Part shown: positions 12,845 through 24,489 of the stretch, in pieces
Layout: each line of letters opens with the position of its first letter
Position numbering within the stretch: position 1 is the first letter of the stretch
DNA from: Chiloscyllium plagiosum
Taxonomy: Eukaryota
Length of the DNA stretch: 56,357 nt
NCBI RefSeq assembly: GCF_004010195.1
Contig: NC_057753.1
Coordinates: 5,205,849 to 5,262,205 of the forward strand
Reading direction: 5' to 3'
The notes under the pieces: model-generated
Seen by the model: the letters and a program-made list of their open reading frames with translations, nothing else
What the model was told of the DNA's origin: nothing
Databases searched by the model: none
Translations under genes and position numbers: made by a program

Positions 12845-13030
12845 CAGTTTGGTTTGATTTGTTACTGTCACGTGTGTTGGGGTACAGTGAAAAGTGTTGT
12901 CTCATGTGTAAGTGCAACAGGGTGACAGAAGAGAGTGCAGGATACAGTGTTACAGCTGCAGAGAGAGAGATAAATATAAACATGAACATGAACATTAAAG
13001 AAGTCCATTCAAAAGCCTGATAACAGCAGC
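12845..13030 (-). mobile_element. Non-LTR retrotransposon 3' tail (possibly Rex/Babar-like) in the intron of unit A
   Basis: Absent from B and C introns; resembles the plus-strand segment 38760-38900; clade is a guess. Confidence 0.4.
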
Positions 13031-13210
13031 TTACGTTTGGTCAGAATGAGTTGGAAATTATTATCCAGTGTTTTATTGGGATTTCAATCCAATGGGGATG
13101 ATGGCACAGAGAGAGTCTGCGCGCGCGTTATGGGGATTCATAACTTGGAGGGAACCAAGGGGACAACACACCACAAAAACTGTAATTGTCTGCTTGCGAT
13201 TTCTCTACTT

Positions 13211-13251
13211 CACTGACAGTGAAGGGTTTTTATCATCTTCTTCTGTTACAG
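13211..13251 (+). promoter_or_regulatory. Branch point, pyrimidine tract and splice acceptor of the ZNF exon (paralogous AGs at 24959-24960 and 43907-43908)
   Basis: cactgac...tcatcttcttctgttacag|gg; ACTGAC and CAG|GG are conserved in all three units. Confidence 0.65.
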
Positions 13252-13616
13252 GGATTAGAAGAGGAGGGTTTACATCGTGAAACCCAAACAGAACATCAGG
13301 TCAAAGTCTGACAGAGTCGCACCATTCGTCAGGAGCTGAACATCACTGCCCTCTGATTGTGGGAGGAGAAGGAATTGTTTCTCTGGTTTGTCTGAGGGTT
13401 TAAATTTCAAACACTGGTGGGACTGGAAAAGCACTGGGATGCAAGTGCGCCTGAGTGAGAGTGTTCCAGGAAACTGACTTTGGAAACAGCTTTCGCTAGT
13501 TACCCAGACTGAACAGACATTGCATCGTTTAAAGCAGGAGAAACTGCACGTGTTCAGTGTCTGGATAAGGATTGAACTAAACCTTCAGTCTGGAGGGACA
13601 CAAAGATACTGGCACC

Positions 13617-14750
13617 ATGGAGAAACCATGGAAATGTGTGGAGTGTGGAAAAGGATTCAGATTTCCATCCTGTCTGGAAGTTCACTGGCGCAAACACACT
13701 GGGGAGAAACCATTCGCCTGTTTTGAATGTGGGAAGATATTCACTCAGTTATCCAACTTAAATCAACACCAGAGAACTCACACTGGAGAGAAACCATTTC
13801 CCTGCCTTGAGTGCGGAAAGAGATTCACTCAGTTATCCAACTTAAATCAACACGTGAGAACTCACACTGGTGAAAAACCGTTTATCTGCCCTGAATGCAA
13901 GAAGGGATTCACTCAGTTATCTAACTTAAATCAACACCTGAGAACTCACACTGGTGAAAAACCATTTATCTGCATTGAGTGTGGAAAGAGTTTCACTCAA
14001 TTATCCCACTTACATCAACACCAGAGAACTCATGCTGGAGAAAATCTGTTCACCTACACTGAGCATTGGAAGACATTCACTCAGTTATCCCACTTAGATT
14101 CACACCATGGAGCTCTCGCAGTAGAAAAACTGTTTACCTGCTCTGAATGTGGGAAGGGATTTGCTGATTCATCCACTTTGCAAGTACACCAGAGAACTCA
14201 TACAGGAGAGAAACCATTCACCTGCTTTGTGTGCGAGAAGAGCTTCACTCAATTATCCCACTTAAATCAACACCAGAGAACTCACACTGGAGAGAAACCA
14301 TTTTCCTGCCCTGAGTGCAGGAAGAGATTCGCTCAGTTATCTCACTTAACTCAACACCAGAGGATTCACACTGGTGAAAAACCATTTAGCTGCCCTGAAT
14401 GCAAGAAGCGATTCACTCAGTTAGCAAACTTACACCAACACCAGAGAACTCACACTGGAGAAAAACCATTCATCTGCCCTGAGTGCGGTAAGAAATTCAC
14501 TCAGTTATCCAACCTGCAATCACACCGGGGAACTCACACTGGAGTAAAAGCGTTCGTCTGCTCTGACTGCGGGAAGGGATTTGCTCAGTCATCCACCTTA
14601 CGTGTACACCAGCGAACTCACACCGGAGAAAAACCGTTCACTTGCCTTAAGTGCGGGAAGAGTTTCACCCAGTTATCCAACTTACAGCAACACCAGAGGA
14701 CTCACTGTAAGCCGCGCATTGTCAGGAAGGCGAGATCACATCCGGAGTGA
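13617..14750 (+). CDS. C2H2 zinc-finger protein, paralogue A (377 aa; 13 finger units, 12 canonical and 1 degenerate; no KRAB/SCAN/BTB visible)
   Basis: Uninterrupted ORF of CxxC-x12-HxxxH repeats with TGEKPF linkers; strong Kozak gcaccATGg; ends RSHPE*. Confidence 0.92.
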   Translation: MEKPWKCVECGKGFRFPSCLEVHWRKHTGEKPFACFECGKIFTQLSNLNQHQRTHTGEKPFPCLECGKRFTQLSNLNQHVRTHTGEKPFICPECKKGFTQLSNLNQHLRTHTGEKPFICIECGKSFTQLSHLHQHQRTHAGENLFTYTEHWKTFTQLSHLDSHHGALAVEKLFTCSECGKGFADSSTLQVHQRTHTGEKPFTCFVCEKSFTQLSHLNQHQRTHTGEKPFSCPECRKRFAQLSHLTQHQRIHTGEKPFSCPECKKRFTQLANLHQHQRTHTGEKPFICPECGKKFTQLSNLQSHRGTHTGVKAFVCSDCGKGFAQSSTLRVHQRTHTGEKPFTCLKCGKSFTQLSNLQQHQRTHCKPRIVRKARSHPE

Positions 14751-15520
14751 GAGAGAGAGAGTCTGAGTGAGTATATAATTTGTTGAGTTTATAGGCAGTC
14801 TTGGAATTTGGTGCAGAGGTGCTTTTTGCTTGTGTTCTGACTTGTTGTTTGTAAGGTCTTTTTAAAATGATCAATTGCAGCCCCAAGATCTGGGTCCAGC
14901 ACAACACAGTGACATCACATTAAAGCCATAACTTCATTGGTTGGTGAAAGCTACTAATGTGACTATCTGTCAAAGGTTACTTGCAGATTGAAGATAAATA
15001 GGGTAAATATTTACAGGTTACAAACTAAAAGATCAGTAGAAAATTTGTAAAAATCAAATTAAGAATGAATTAAAAAGAGGTGCAGAGCCAGGTGATGTAT
15101 TGTACCTGTATGATGTGGGAGCTGGAAGACCCCATTTCGTATCACAATGACCACATCTGTAGCAAGTGCTGGTTGGTTGAGGAACTGCGGCTCAGAGTTG
15201 ATGAGCTGGAGTCTGAGCTTCGAACACTATGACACATCAGGCAGGGGGCGAGAGTTACCTGGATGTTGTCTTTACAGAAGGCGTTACACCCCTTAGATTA
15301 ATAACCTCAAATTCAGGGACAGGAGGGTGTGACGGGGATGCAGGAGGTAGTGCAGAAGGAGCCTCAGTCCTTGCCGAATAGGTTTGAAATTCTTGCTCCC
15401 TGTGTGGATGACGAACGGCTGTATGGAGAATGAGCAAACTGAGTGCCGTGGTGCAAGTAGCTACTCAACATGGAGAAGGAAAGAGAAGTATAGTTGCAAT
15501 CAAGGATTGTACAGTCAGGA

Positions 15521-16044
15521 TTTGGAGATGCCGGTGTTGGACTGGGGTGTACAAAGCTAAAAATCACACAATACCAGGTTATAGTCCAACAGGTTTAATA
15601 GGAGGCACTAACTTTCGGAGTGCTGCTCCTTCAGGTGGTTGTGGAGTATGAGTTTGTAAGACACAGAATTTATAGCAAAAGTTTACAGTGTGATATTATT
15701 CAAATTATATATTGAAAAAGACCTGGATTGTTTAAGTGTCTCATCTGTTAGAATGACCATGTTGGTTTCAGTTCTTTCATATGTAAATCGCAAAACTTCC
15801 TTTAAAAGTTACATTCGCAAGTGAACTTTAACAATTGGCGTCATGTTAGCCCAGATAATGTATAGAAGGTGTGCGCTTCCCTGTGTGAGAATGTCTGTGC
15901 CACAATGGTCAGACTGATTCTCATCTCAAAAATGGATTTACAGAATCTTACATGGACTCATGCATTTTTTGAGCAAAGTAAAATGTAATTCTACAAGTAC
16001 AGATTCACCCCACAAACGTATGTGACAAAACTCCCACACGTGTC

Positions 16045-16087
<43 letters not shown>

Positions 16088-16554
16088 GAGGTGAATCTGT
16101 ACTCACAGAATTACATTTTATTTTGCTCAAAAACTGCATGAATCCATGTAAGATTCTGTAAATCCATTTTTTTTTTAGTTTAAAATCAGTCTGACCACTG
16201 AGCAACAGACAGTCTCACACAGAGAAGCTCACACCTTCGATACATTATCTGGGCTAACATGACACCAGTTGCTAAAGTTCACTTGAGAATATAACTTTTA
16301 AAAAACGTTTTGCGATTGACAGATGGAAGAACTGAAACCAACATGGTCATTCTAACAGATGAGAGACTTAACAAACAATCCAGGTCTTTTTCAATATATA
16401 ATTTCACTTTTATCACACTGTAAATTTTTGCTATAAATTCTGCATCTTACAATCTTATACTCCACAACTACCTGATGAAGGAGCAGCGCTCCAAAAGCTA
16501 GTGCTTCCAAATGAACCTGTTGGAATATAACCTGGTGTTGTGTCATTTGTAACT
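15521..16554. mobile_element. ~1-kb PLE palindrome (family 1) with central (CA)n
   Basis: Arms ~15550-16020 and ~16082-16556 are reverse complements; TSD ttgta(c/t)agtcagga at 15507-15520 and 16555-16568; empty site in unit B near 28730. Confidence 0.9.
16054..16081. repeat. (CA)n microsatellite
   Basis: Direct observation. Confidence 0.95.
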
Positions 16555-17494
16555 TTGTATAGTCAGGAGAATAGACATTGTTCTATGTGGGCATGATCAA
16601 GAGTCCTGAAGGCTGTGTTACCTGTGTTCCAGATATCTCCTCTGGGCTATGGAGGGAATGGGAGGGGAAAGATCCAATTATCATGGTCCACCTAGGTACT
16701 GACGATAGAGGTTAAGAGAGGAAAGAGATTCAGCTGAGGGAAGTAAAATTTAATTCTACAAGTACAGATTCACCCCACAAACTTTGGGGGTTAGATTAAA
16801 AAGCAGAAACAAAAAGTAATCTCTGGATTACTAACTGAGCCGCAAGCTAATTGGCACAGTCTCTGCAAGATTAAAGAGGTAAAGGTGTGGCTCAAAGATC
16901 AGTGTGGGAAAAACAGGTTCATATTTCATGGGCAGTTGGCAACAGTACTGGGAAAGGGGAGAGCTGTTCTGATGAGCAAGGTCCACCGGATCTGGCTGGG
17001 ATCAGAGTCCTTGTAAATTGCACCACTTAGGGTCAAGCATGAGGCTTTAACTAAATAGTGGGGTGTGGGTACACTTCCGTGGAAAATTAAGGAAAACGTT
17101 AATGGTGGAGATGGCTCAGCAGAAGTTACGGAAGTTTCCAGAACGAGTCATGGGACTGAGAGTATAGAAAGGATTTGGAATCTAACTTCAGGCCCAGCAG
17201 ATAAAGCGGCAGCTATGAGAAGGGAGGCAGGCAGTGCAGGACTGAGGGTGTTGTACCTGTATACAAAACAAGGTAAATGAGATTGGAGCGCAGATTGACA
17301 TTGACAGGTGATTTCGTGACTGTCACAGAGACATGACTCCAAAAGGATCAGGGCTGGGAACTAAATATCCAAGAATACACATCCTATGGAAAGGATATGC
17401 GAATATGCAGAGCAGGCTTGATCGTAAGAAATAAAATCGATAAGGAGATGTGATAGAGACTTGGAGGTCATGGAATCTGTGTGGGTAGACTTTT

Positions 17495-19810
17495 AGTGTC
17501 GAAGAGTCCTACAGCACAGAGACAGACAACTTTGGCTCAAACTGGTCCATGCTCGCTCACCCCACTTACTAGCAGTTGGCCCATATCCTTTGAAACCTTT
17601 CCTATCCATGTTTTTGTCCAAATGCCTTTTAAATATTGTTAATATACCCGCCTCAACCACTTTTGCTGGCAGCTCGTTCCATGTGCATTTCGCTGTGTAA
17701 AGAATTATTGCCCCTCAGGTTCCCTGTTATTCCTTCCCCTCTAACCTTAAACTGATGCTCTCTAGTCCTTGATTCCCCAACTCCAGGATAAAGACTGAGT
17801 GTATTCACCCTATCCATGCCTCTCATGATCTGATACACTTCTAAAAGTGCCCCCCCCCCCCCCACCCCTCAGTCTACTACACTCTTAAACAAAAAAGTCC
17901 TAGCTTGTCCAACCTCTCCCTAAAACTCAGACTATTGAGTCCTTGGAAATTTCTTCTGCATTTTTTCCAGTTTAACAACATCCTTCCCGTAGCAATGTGA
18001 CCAAAACTGTACACAATACTCGCTAACATTTTGTCCACCTGCAACATAACTTCCCAACTTCTATACTCAGTGCCCTGACTGATGAAGGCCAGTGTGCCTA
18101 AAGCCTTCTTCACTGCCTTATCTACCTGTGACTCCACTTTCAGAGAACCATGCATCTGAACTCCAAGATCCCTCTGTTCCACTACACTCCTTGAGGCCCT
18201 ACCATGAAACTCGTACCTTGATTTGACTTTCCTCACATTTATCTATATTAAACTCTATTTGCCATTTCTCGGCCCATTTCCCCAGCTGATCATGGTCCAG
18301 CTGCAATTTCTGATAACCTTCCTCACTGTCCACAATACCGCTTATTTTAGTGTCATCTGCAAACTTACTAATTATGCCTTGTACATTCTCATTCAAATCA
18401 TTGATACAGATGACACACAGTATTGGACCCAGCACCGACTCCTGAGGCACTCCACTAGTCACAGGTCTCTAGTCTGACAAGCATCCTTTCACTATTAACC
18501 TCTGCTTCCTACCGTCAAGCCAACCGTGTATCCAATTTGCCAGCTCGCCTTGAATTCCATGCGATCTAATCTTCCAGAGCAGCCTACCATGCAGAACCTT
18601 CTCAAAGGCCTTACTGAAATCAATATACACTATATCTACCGCCCTGCCCTCGTCAACCTTCCTGGCCACTTCATCAAAGAACTGTAATAAATTTGTGAGG
18701 CATGATCTCCCACTCTCAAAGCCATGCTGACTATTCTTAATCAAAGAGGAGAAAGTGAGGACTGCAGATGCTGGAGATCAGAGCTGAAAATGTGTTGCTG
18801 GAAAAGCGCAGCACATCAGGCAGCATCCAAGGAGCAGGAGAATCGACGTTTCGGGCATGAGCCCTTCTTCAGGAATATCGACGTTTTGGGCATGAGCCCC
18901 TCTTCAGGAATCCTGAAGAGGGGCAACACATTTTCAGCTTTCGTTTCTATTCTTGATCAAACCCGGTCTTTCCAAATCCATGTATAACTTATCTCAGAAT
19001 CTTCTCAAACAGGTGTTGAACTTACTGGTCTGTAGTTCCTGGGTTTTTCTTTGCAGCCCTTCTTGAATAATGGCACAACATTCACTACCCTCCAGTCTTC
19101 CGGGACCTCACTTGTGGGTCACGACGATGCAAAAGTATCAGCCAGATCCCCTGCAATTACTTCTCTAGCCCCTTGCAGTGTTCTTGCATATATCTGGTCA
19201 GCACCAGGATATTTATCCACCTTCATACATTCTGATACATGCAACACCACCTCTACTGTGATATTGACTGTCCCCAAGGGATGACCACTAACTTCCCCAA
19301 GTCTTATGTCTTCCTCCATGGTAAACACAGAGGAGATATATTCATTCAGGACCTCGCCCATCTCCTGTGCTTCTGCAAATACATGTCCAGTTTGGTCCTT
19401 GAGGGGCCCTATTCTCTCTCTAGTTATTCTTTTTCATTTAATGTACTTAAACCTTTATGGATTCACCCTAATCTTCCCAGTCAAGGCTATCTCATGTCCC
19501 CTTTTTGCCCTCCTGATTTCCTTCTTCAATAAACTCCTTTATCCCCTATATTCCTCCAGGGATTCCCTTGATCCTGGCTGCCTGTACCTGAGCCATACCT
19601 CCTCTTTCTGGCCAAAGCCTCAACATCTCTTGTCATCCAGTGTTCCCTATTCCTGTCAACCTTGCCTTTCACCCTCAGACCTTGAACTCTCAATGTCTCA
19701 CTTTTAAAGGCCTCCCCTTCGCCTGCAAACAAACTGTTCCAGTCAACCCCTGCAAACTCCTGTCAAATCCTATCAAAATTCATCTTGCCCCAATTTAGAA
19801 CTTGATTCGC
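17495..19810 (-). mobile_element. Degenerate CR1 LINE ORF2 with nested PLE termini (18745-18946)
   Basis: YIDFSKAFEKV, GVPQESVLGP, FADD; the PLE insert is flanked by ctattctt(a/g)atcaaa at 18730-18744 and 18947-18961. Confidence 0.9.
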
Positions 19811-19994
19811 TTGAGGAATTGCAAAGGAAAAACAACTCTGAAGAGTGTTATGTACAGGCTGCTAGCAGCAGTCAGGATGTTGGACAGAAGATAAATCAGG
19901 ACATTGGAAAAGGCATGGAAGAAAGACACTTAGAATAATCATGGGGGACATGGATGTGTGGGGAGATTGGGACAGTAAGGTTGGGAGTGTATCA

Positions 19995-20132
19995 GAGTCA
20001 ACAAAATGTGGCGCTGCAAAGGCACAGCCGGTCAGGCAGCATCCAAGGAGGTTAGCAGCCTGAACGGCTGTGCTTTTCCACCGCCACACGTTTTGACTCT
20101 GATCTCCAGCATCTGCAGTCTTCACTTTCTCC
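19995..20132. mobile_element. Very short inverted PLE terminal pair
   Basis: gagtcaacaaaatgtggcg...cagccg versus cggctgtgc...ccgccacacgttttgactc; imperfect TSD aggttgg(g/t)agtg(t/g)atc. Confidence 0.7.
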
Positions 20133-20971
20133 AGGTTGGTAGTGGATCCAAAGAAAAGGAATTTGTGGAATGTCCATGGGATTTCTTTTCAAGCAGCTTG
20201 AGATAGACTTGACTGGGGAACAGGCAGTTCTGGATTTGGTGATGTGTTGTGAAACATGCTTTATTAGGCAGCTTGATGTGGATAACCTGTTCGGGGGCAG
20301 TGACTATTTATTCTTAGAATTCACCCTGCAGGTTGAGAGGAGAGGCTTGAATCAAATGAACTGATATTACAATTGACTAAAGGAAACTACAGAGCGATGG
20401 GAACCGAGCTGGCCAGTATTGATTGAATTGGAAGTATAGCGGGGAGATGGTGGAGAGTAGTGACAGGAGTTTCTGGGGATAACTCAGAACGCACATTTAT
20501 CCCAAGTGCCGCTCAGACACTGAATTAATCACATAGACAGACACAAAGTGGATCCATAACGAGATGAATGTTTTGTGAAGTGATTGCAATAACCTCTCCC
20601 TGCCCCCGAGCTACAGGTATTACAGAGACTTCTGACAGTTTGTTTTATGTAAGGCGGGAATAACTATTCATTCCTAACAAAAAGCACCAGGCAAAATTCT
20701 AGGAATGGTGATGATACAACTTCTTAAAGCCACGAGCTAACAACCCGCAGTGTGAGCACAAACTCCCCCTTTTTCCCTCAAGGTGGTACTTCAACTTGGC
20801 AGATGAGACAAAAGGTTGGTAGTGGAGGTTAGATGTCAGGTTAAAGACAGAGAGGTGGTGAGCTATGTGGCTGGATTCAGAGTGTTTGAGTCTCAGGCTA
20901 GCAGTTGCGACCTCCAGTTGTGCAGCTCCCAAATCATTGATATAGGTAACAAACAATAGTGGACCCAGTAC

Positions 20972-21072
20972 CGATTCCTGAAGAAGGGCTTATGCCCGAA
21001 ACGTCGATTCTCCTGTTCCCTGGATGCTGCCTGACCTGCTGCACTTTTCCAGCAACACATTTTCAGCACTCC
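20972..21072 (+). mobile_element. PLE terminal repeat with hammerhead motif, inside a small CR1 fragment
   Basis: CTGAAGA-A-GGGCttatGCCC-GAAACGTC. Confidence 0.75.
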
Positions 21073-21609
21073 ACTAATCACATGTCTCCAGTCCAACGAG
21101 CGTCCTTCTACTATTACCCTCAGCTTCCTATCACCAAGCCAATTGTGTTACCAACTTGCTGTCGTCCCCCTCACCCGAGCAGCTCTACGATAGTTTGGTG
21201 AAGAAAGAGCTGAAAGCTTTGGAAGAGTTACTGAGCTGGTTTGGTTCCTTCCTCTGGCAATGTCCTCGTGGTAGCCGAGGATGCTCACGATACAGCTCCT
21301 TGTCAAAAACGGTCTTCCAGTTCACAGTGATCTGTTGTTTGCTTCAAGCAGTGTCCCTGTTTATTCCCTAGTAATCAGGTGCTCACGATTGTCTCCTCTC
21401 TGGGAGCAATCCTTTCACGGACCTCGCTGCTGAAGGTCTAGCCATCGACACCTCACACTGGGCTGGTAAAAGAGGCTAAGCAGCAGCCAATCCTGATCCA
21501 TGCTGATCTTGCCATCGCCAAGGTTGATTTCCCCTGCGCTGGAGACAGTGAGGGTCTTTTCTGACAATTTTAAAAAAAAATTTTAATGTAAGTGATTCGT
21601 AGAAGGAAA

Positions 21610-21865
21610 AGTTTGCACATTCTCCCTGTGTCTGTGTGGGTTTCCTCCAGGTGCTCCAGTTTCCACCCACAATCCAAAGATATGCATGTTAGGGTGAATT
21701 GGCCATGCTAAATTGTCCATGGTGTTCAGGGATAGTGTGGGCTAGGTGCATTAGTGACGGGTAAATGTAGAGTAAGAGGGAATGGGTTACTCTTTGGAGG
21801 GTCGGTGTGGACTTATTCGGCCAAAGGGCCTGTTTCCACGCTGTAGGGATTCTATGATTGGATTC
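21610..21865 (+). mobile_element. 5'-truncated HE1-like SINE
   Basis: V-domain and gggcctgtttccac...gattcta tail. Confidence 0.85.
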
Positions 21866-21869
21866 TATG

Positions 21870-22685
21870 AACACAGCAGGTCAGGCAGCATCCACTTCCC
21901 ACACCTCCACCCTCGAACCTCGCCCCTCCAACTGCAACAAGGACAAAACCCCCCGGTCCTCACCAGAGAGGGTGTCCCCTCCCCACCCCTATCTGCTTTC
22001 CATAAAGACCATTTCCTCCGTGACTCCCTCCTCAGATCCAAACCCCCCCCCCAACCAACCCAACCTCCCTCCCAACACCTTCCCTTGTCACCGCAGGAAT
22101 CGCAAAACCTGTGCCCAAATCTCCCCCCCTCGCCTCCGTCCAAGGCTCCAAAGGAGCCTTTCGCATCCATCAAAATTTCACCTGCACTTCCAAACGTCAT
22201 TTACTGTATCTGCTGCTCTCGATGTGGTCTCCTCTACACTGGGGAGACAGAACACGTACTCACAGAGCACTTCAGAGAACATCTCCGGGACACCCGCAAC
22301 AACCAACCCCACCGCCCTGTGGCCGAAAACTTTAACTCCCCCTCCCACTCCGCCGAGGACATGCAGGTCCTGGGCTGCCTCCATCGTCACTCCCTAATCA
22401 CCCCCTCCCTAGAGTAAGAACACCTCATATTTTGCCTCTGGACCCTCCAACCGCACGGCATCGAAGTGGATTTCACCAGTTTCCTCATTTCCCCCCCCCC
22501 CTATTCCAGTTCCAACCTTCCAACATGGCACCATCTCTCCCCACCCCCTTGGCTCACAGCCTCATTCCTGACGAAGGGCTTTTGTCCAAATCATCGATTT
22601 TCCTGCTCCTGGGATGCTGCCTGACCTGCTGTGCTTTTCCAGCACCACATTCTCAACTCTAATCTGCAGTCCTCACTTTTGCCTA
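21870..22685 (+). mobile_element. PLE 3' fragment (GIY-YIG endonuclease and terminal repeat) with a short inverted 5' stub
   Basis: NVIYCICCSRCGLLYTGETEHVLTEHFREHL...PVAENFN..H. Confidence 0.9.
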
Positions 22686-22973
22686 GTTGCTTTTTAAACT
22701 TTGTCCACCCCAGTCCAACACCAGCACCCATTAGTGTAGATACCTCAAAATAGAGTACACTGTCACAGAACAATGGGACTCTTATTTAACACAAAGGAGG
22801 GAAGAAAATTTTCCTCTTGAGAGTAAAGAATGCCTGGAATTGTCTACCCAGAGAATAGTGGGACTACATGATTGAAAGAAATCCATTTTTGAATGTCAGG
22901 GTGTTGAAGTCATAAAAGCAGCTGGCTCAAAAGAGGAGCTGAGGCCTGTGGCGAATGAGCCTTGATCTTTTAA

Positions 22974-24288
22974 TGATTTGGAGATGCCGGTGTTGGACTG
23001 GGGTGTACAAAGTTAAAAATCACACAACACCAGGTTATAGTCCAACAGGTTTAATTGGAAACACACTAGCTTTTGGAGCGACACTCCTTCATCAGGTGAT
23101 TGTGGAGGGCTCGATCGTAACACAGAATTTATAGCAAAAATTTGCAGTGTGATGTAACTGAAATTATACATTGAAGAATTGATTGTCTGTTAAGCCTTTC
23201 ATCTGTTAGAATACAGTGATAGTTTCACTTCTTTCATGTGTAAATCACAAAACCCTTTTTTAAGAAGTTGCATTCTCGGGTTAGCTGTTAACAATGGTGA
23301 TAGCGAGACCATGTGTTGAAGGTGTTAGCCCCCTGTGTTCTCTGTCTATGACCTGATGTTTAGGTTGATTCCAATCTAAAAAGTGAAATAACAGAGTTTT
23401 ACATAAATTCATGCAGTTTTTGAGCTCAGAGTTCGACATGAATCTATGTGGTTTTTGAGCAAAGTGCAATGTAACTTTTTACCAAAAGAATTCACCACAC
23501 ACAATATATATGTGTGCATGTGGGTCTGTCTGGAGTGGGGGTTGTGAGTGTGCAAGTAGTGGAGGTGTGGGGAAGGTCTTGGTGAGGTGCTCATCTGCAT
23601 TGATAATGTGTTGTAGGTCACGAAGAACATGGCGTAATTTTTCAGCCCCTGGGAAGTACTGAATAACGAAGGGTACCCTGTCAATTTTGCAAGTAGTGGA
23701 GGTGTGGGGAAGGTCTTGGTGAGGTGCTCATCTCCATTGATAATGTGTTGCACTCACAACCCCCACTCCAGACAGACCCACATGCACACATATATATTGT
23801 GTGTGGTGAATTCTTTTGGTAAAAAGTTACATTGCACTTTGCTCAAAAACCACATAGATTCATGTCGAACTCTGAGCTCAAAAACTGCATGAATTTATGT
23901 AAAACTCTGTTATTTCACTTTTTAGATTGGAATCAATCTAAACATCAGGTCATAGACAGAGAACACAGGGGGCTAACACCTTCAACACATGGTCTAGCTA
24001 TCACCATTGTTAACAGCTAACCCGAGAATGCAACTTAAAAAAAGGGTTTTGTGATTTACACATGAAAGAAGTGAAACTATCACTGTATTCTAACAGATGA
24101 AAGGCTTAACAGACAATCAATTCTTCAATGTATAATTTCAGTTACATCACACTGCAAATTTTTGCTATAAATTCTGTGTTACGATCGAGCCCTCCACAAT
24201 AACCTGATGAAGGAGCGTCGCTCTGAAAGCTAGTGTGCTTCCAATTAAACCTGTTGGACTATAACCTGGTGTTGTGTGATTTTTAACT
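22974..24288. mobile_element. Young 1.3-kb PLE palindrome (family 1)
   Basis: Near-identical arms ~23009-23551 and ~23752-24290; centre encodes DRVPFVIQYFPGAEKLRHVLRDLQHII (minus); perfect TSD ttgatcttttaa at 22962-22973 and 24289-24300. Confidence 0.93.
24201..24236 (+). ncRNA. Minimal hammerhead ribozyme motif (PLE family 1 exemplar)
   Basis: CTGATGA-A-GGAGC-gtc-GCTCT-GAAA-GCTA: palindromic AGCT, CUA triplet. Confidence 0.7.
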
Positions 24289-24489
24289 TTGATCTTTTAA
24301 AATAGCTTGAGAGGATGAATGGACCACGCCTGCTCCTATTTCTTATTGTTTATTGCAAACTCCCTCACTGTTAGTGCAGGATAGAAATTCAAAGAGGAAA
24401 GTAGCTGTGCATAAATCCTACCCTTCTAACCCCGCTGTCAAAGCAGTTCCCAGCTGCAGTTTCTAACTGGGGTCTTGGGGGTGGGGGGG

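Larger units (their letters stand above)
15075..17490 (+). mobile_element. Old CR1 LINE 5' half (ORF1 zinc-finger/coiled-coil/esterase relic and endonuclease start); continues ~19810-20500
   Basis: YCTCMMWELED...HICSKCWLVEELRLRVDELESELRTL; paralogous to 28290-29530. Confidence 0.75.

Noticed and set aside
12352..13020. Overlapping 185-222 aa ORFs across promoter A (similar ones at 24389-24845 and 43411-43857)
   Set aside because: By-product of GC-rich stop-poor sequence; frames are not conserved between paralogues and run into repeats
13617..14750. Assigning a human or Xenopus ZNF gene symbol
   Set aside because: Lineage-specific arrays; orthology cannot be inferred from generic finger similarity
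15521..24300. Large palindromes as MITE/foldback DNA transposons
   Set aside because: Arms are asymmetric, TSDs are long and variable, and they carry hammerhead motifs and PLE ORF pieces
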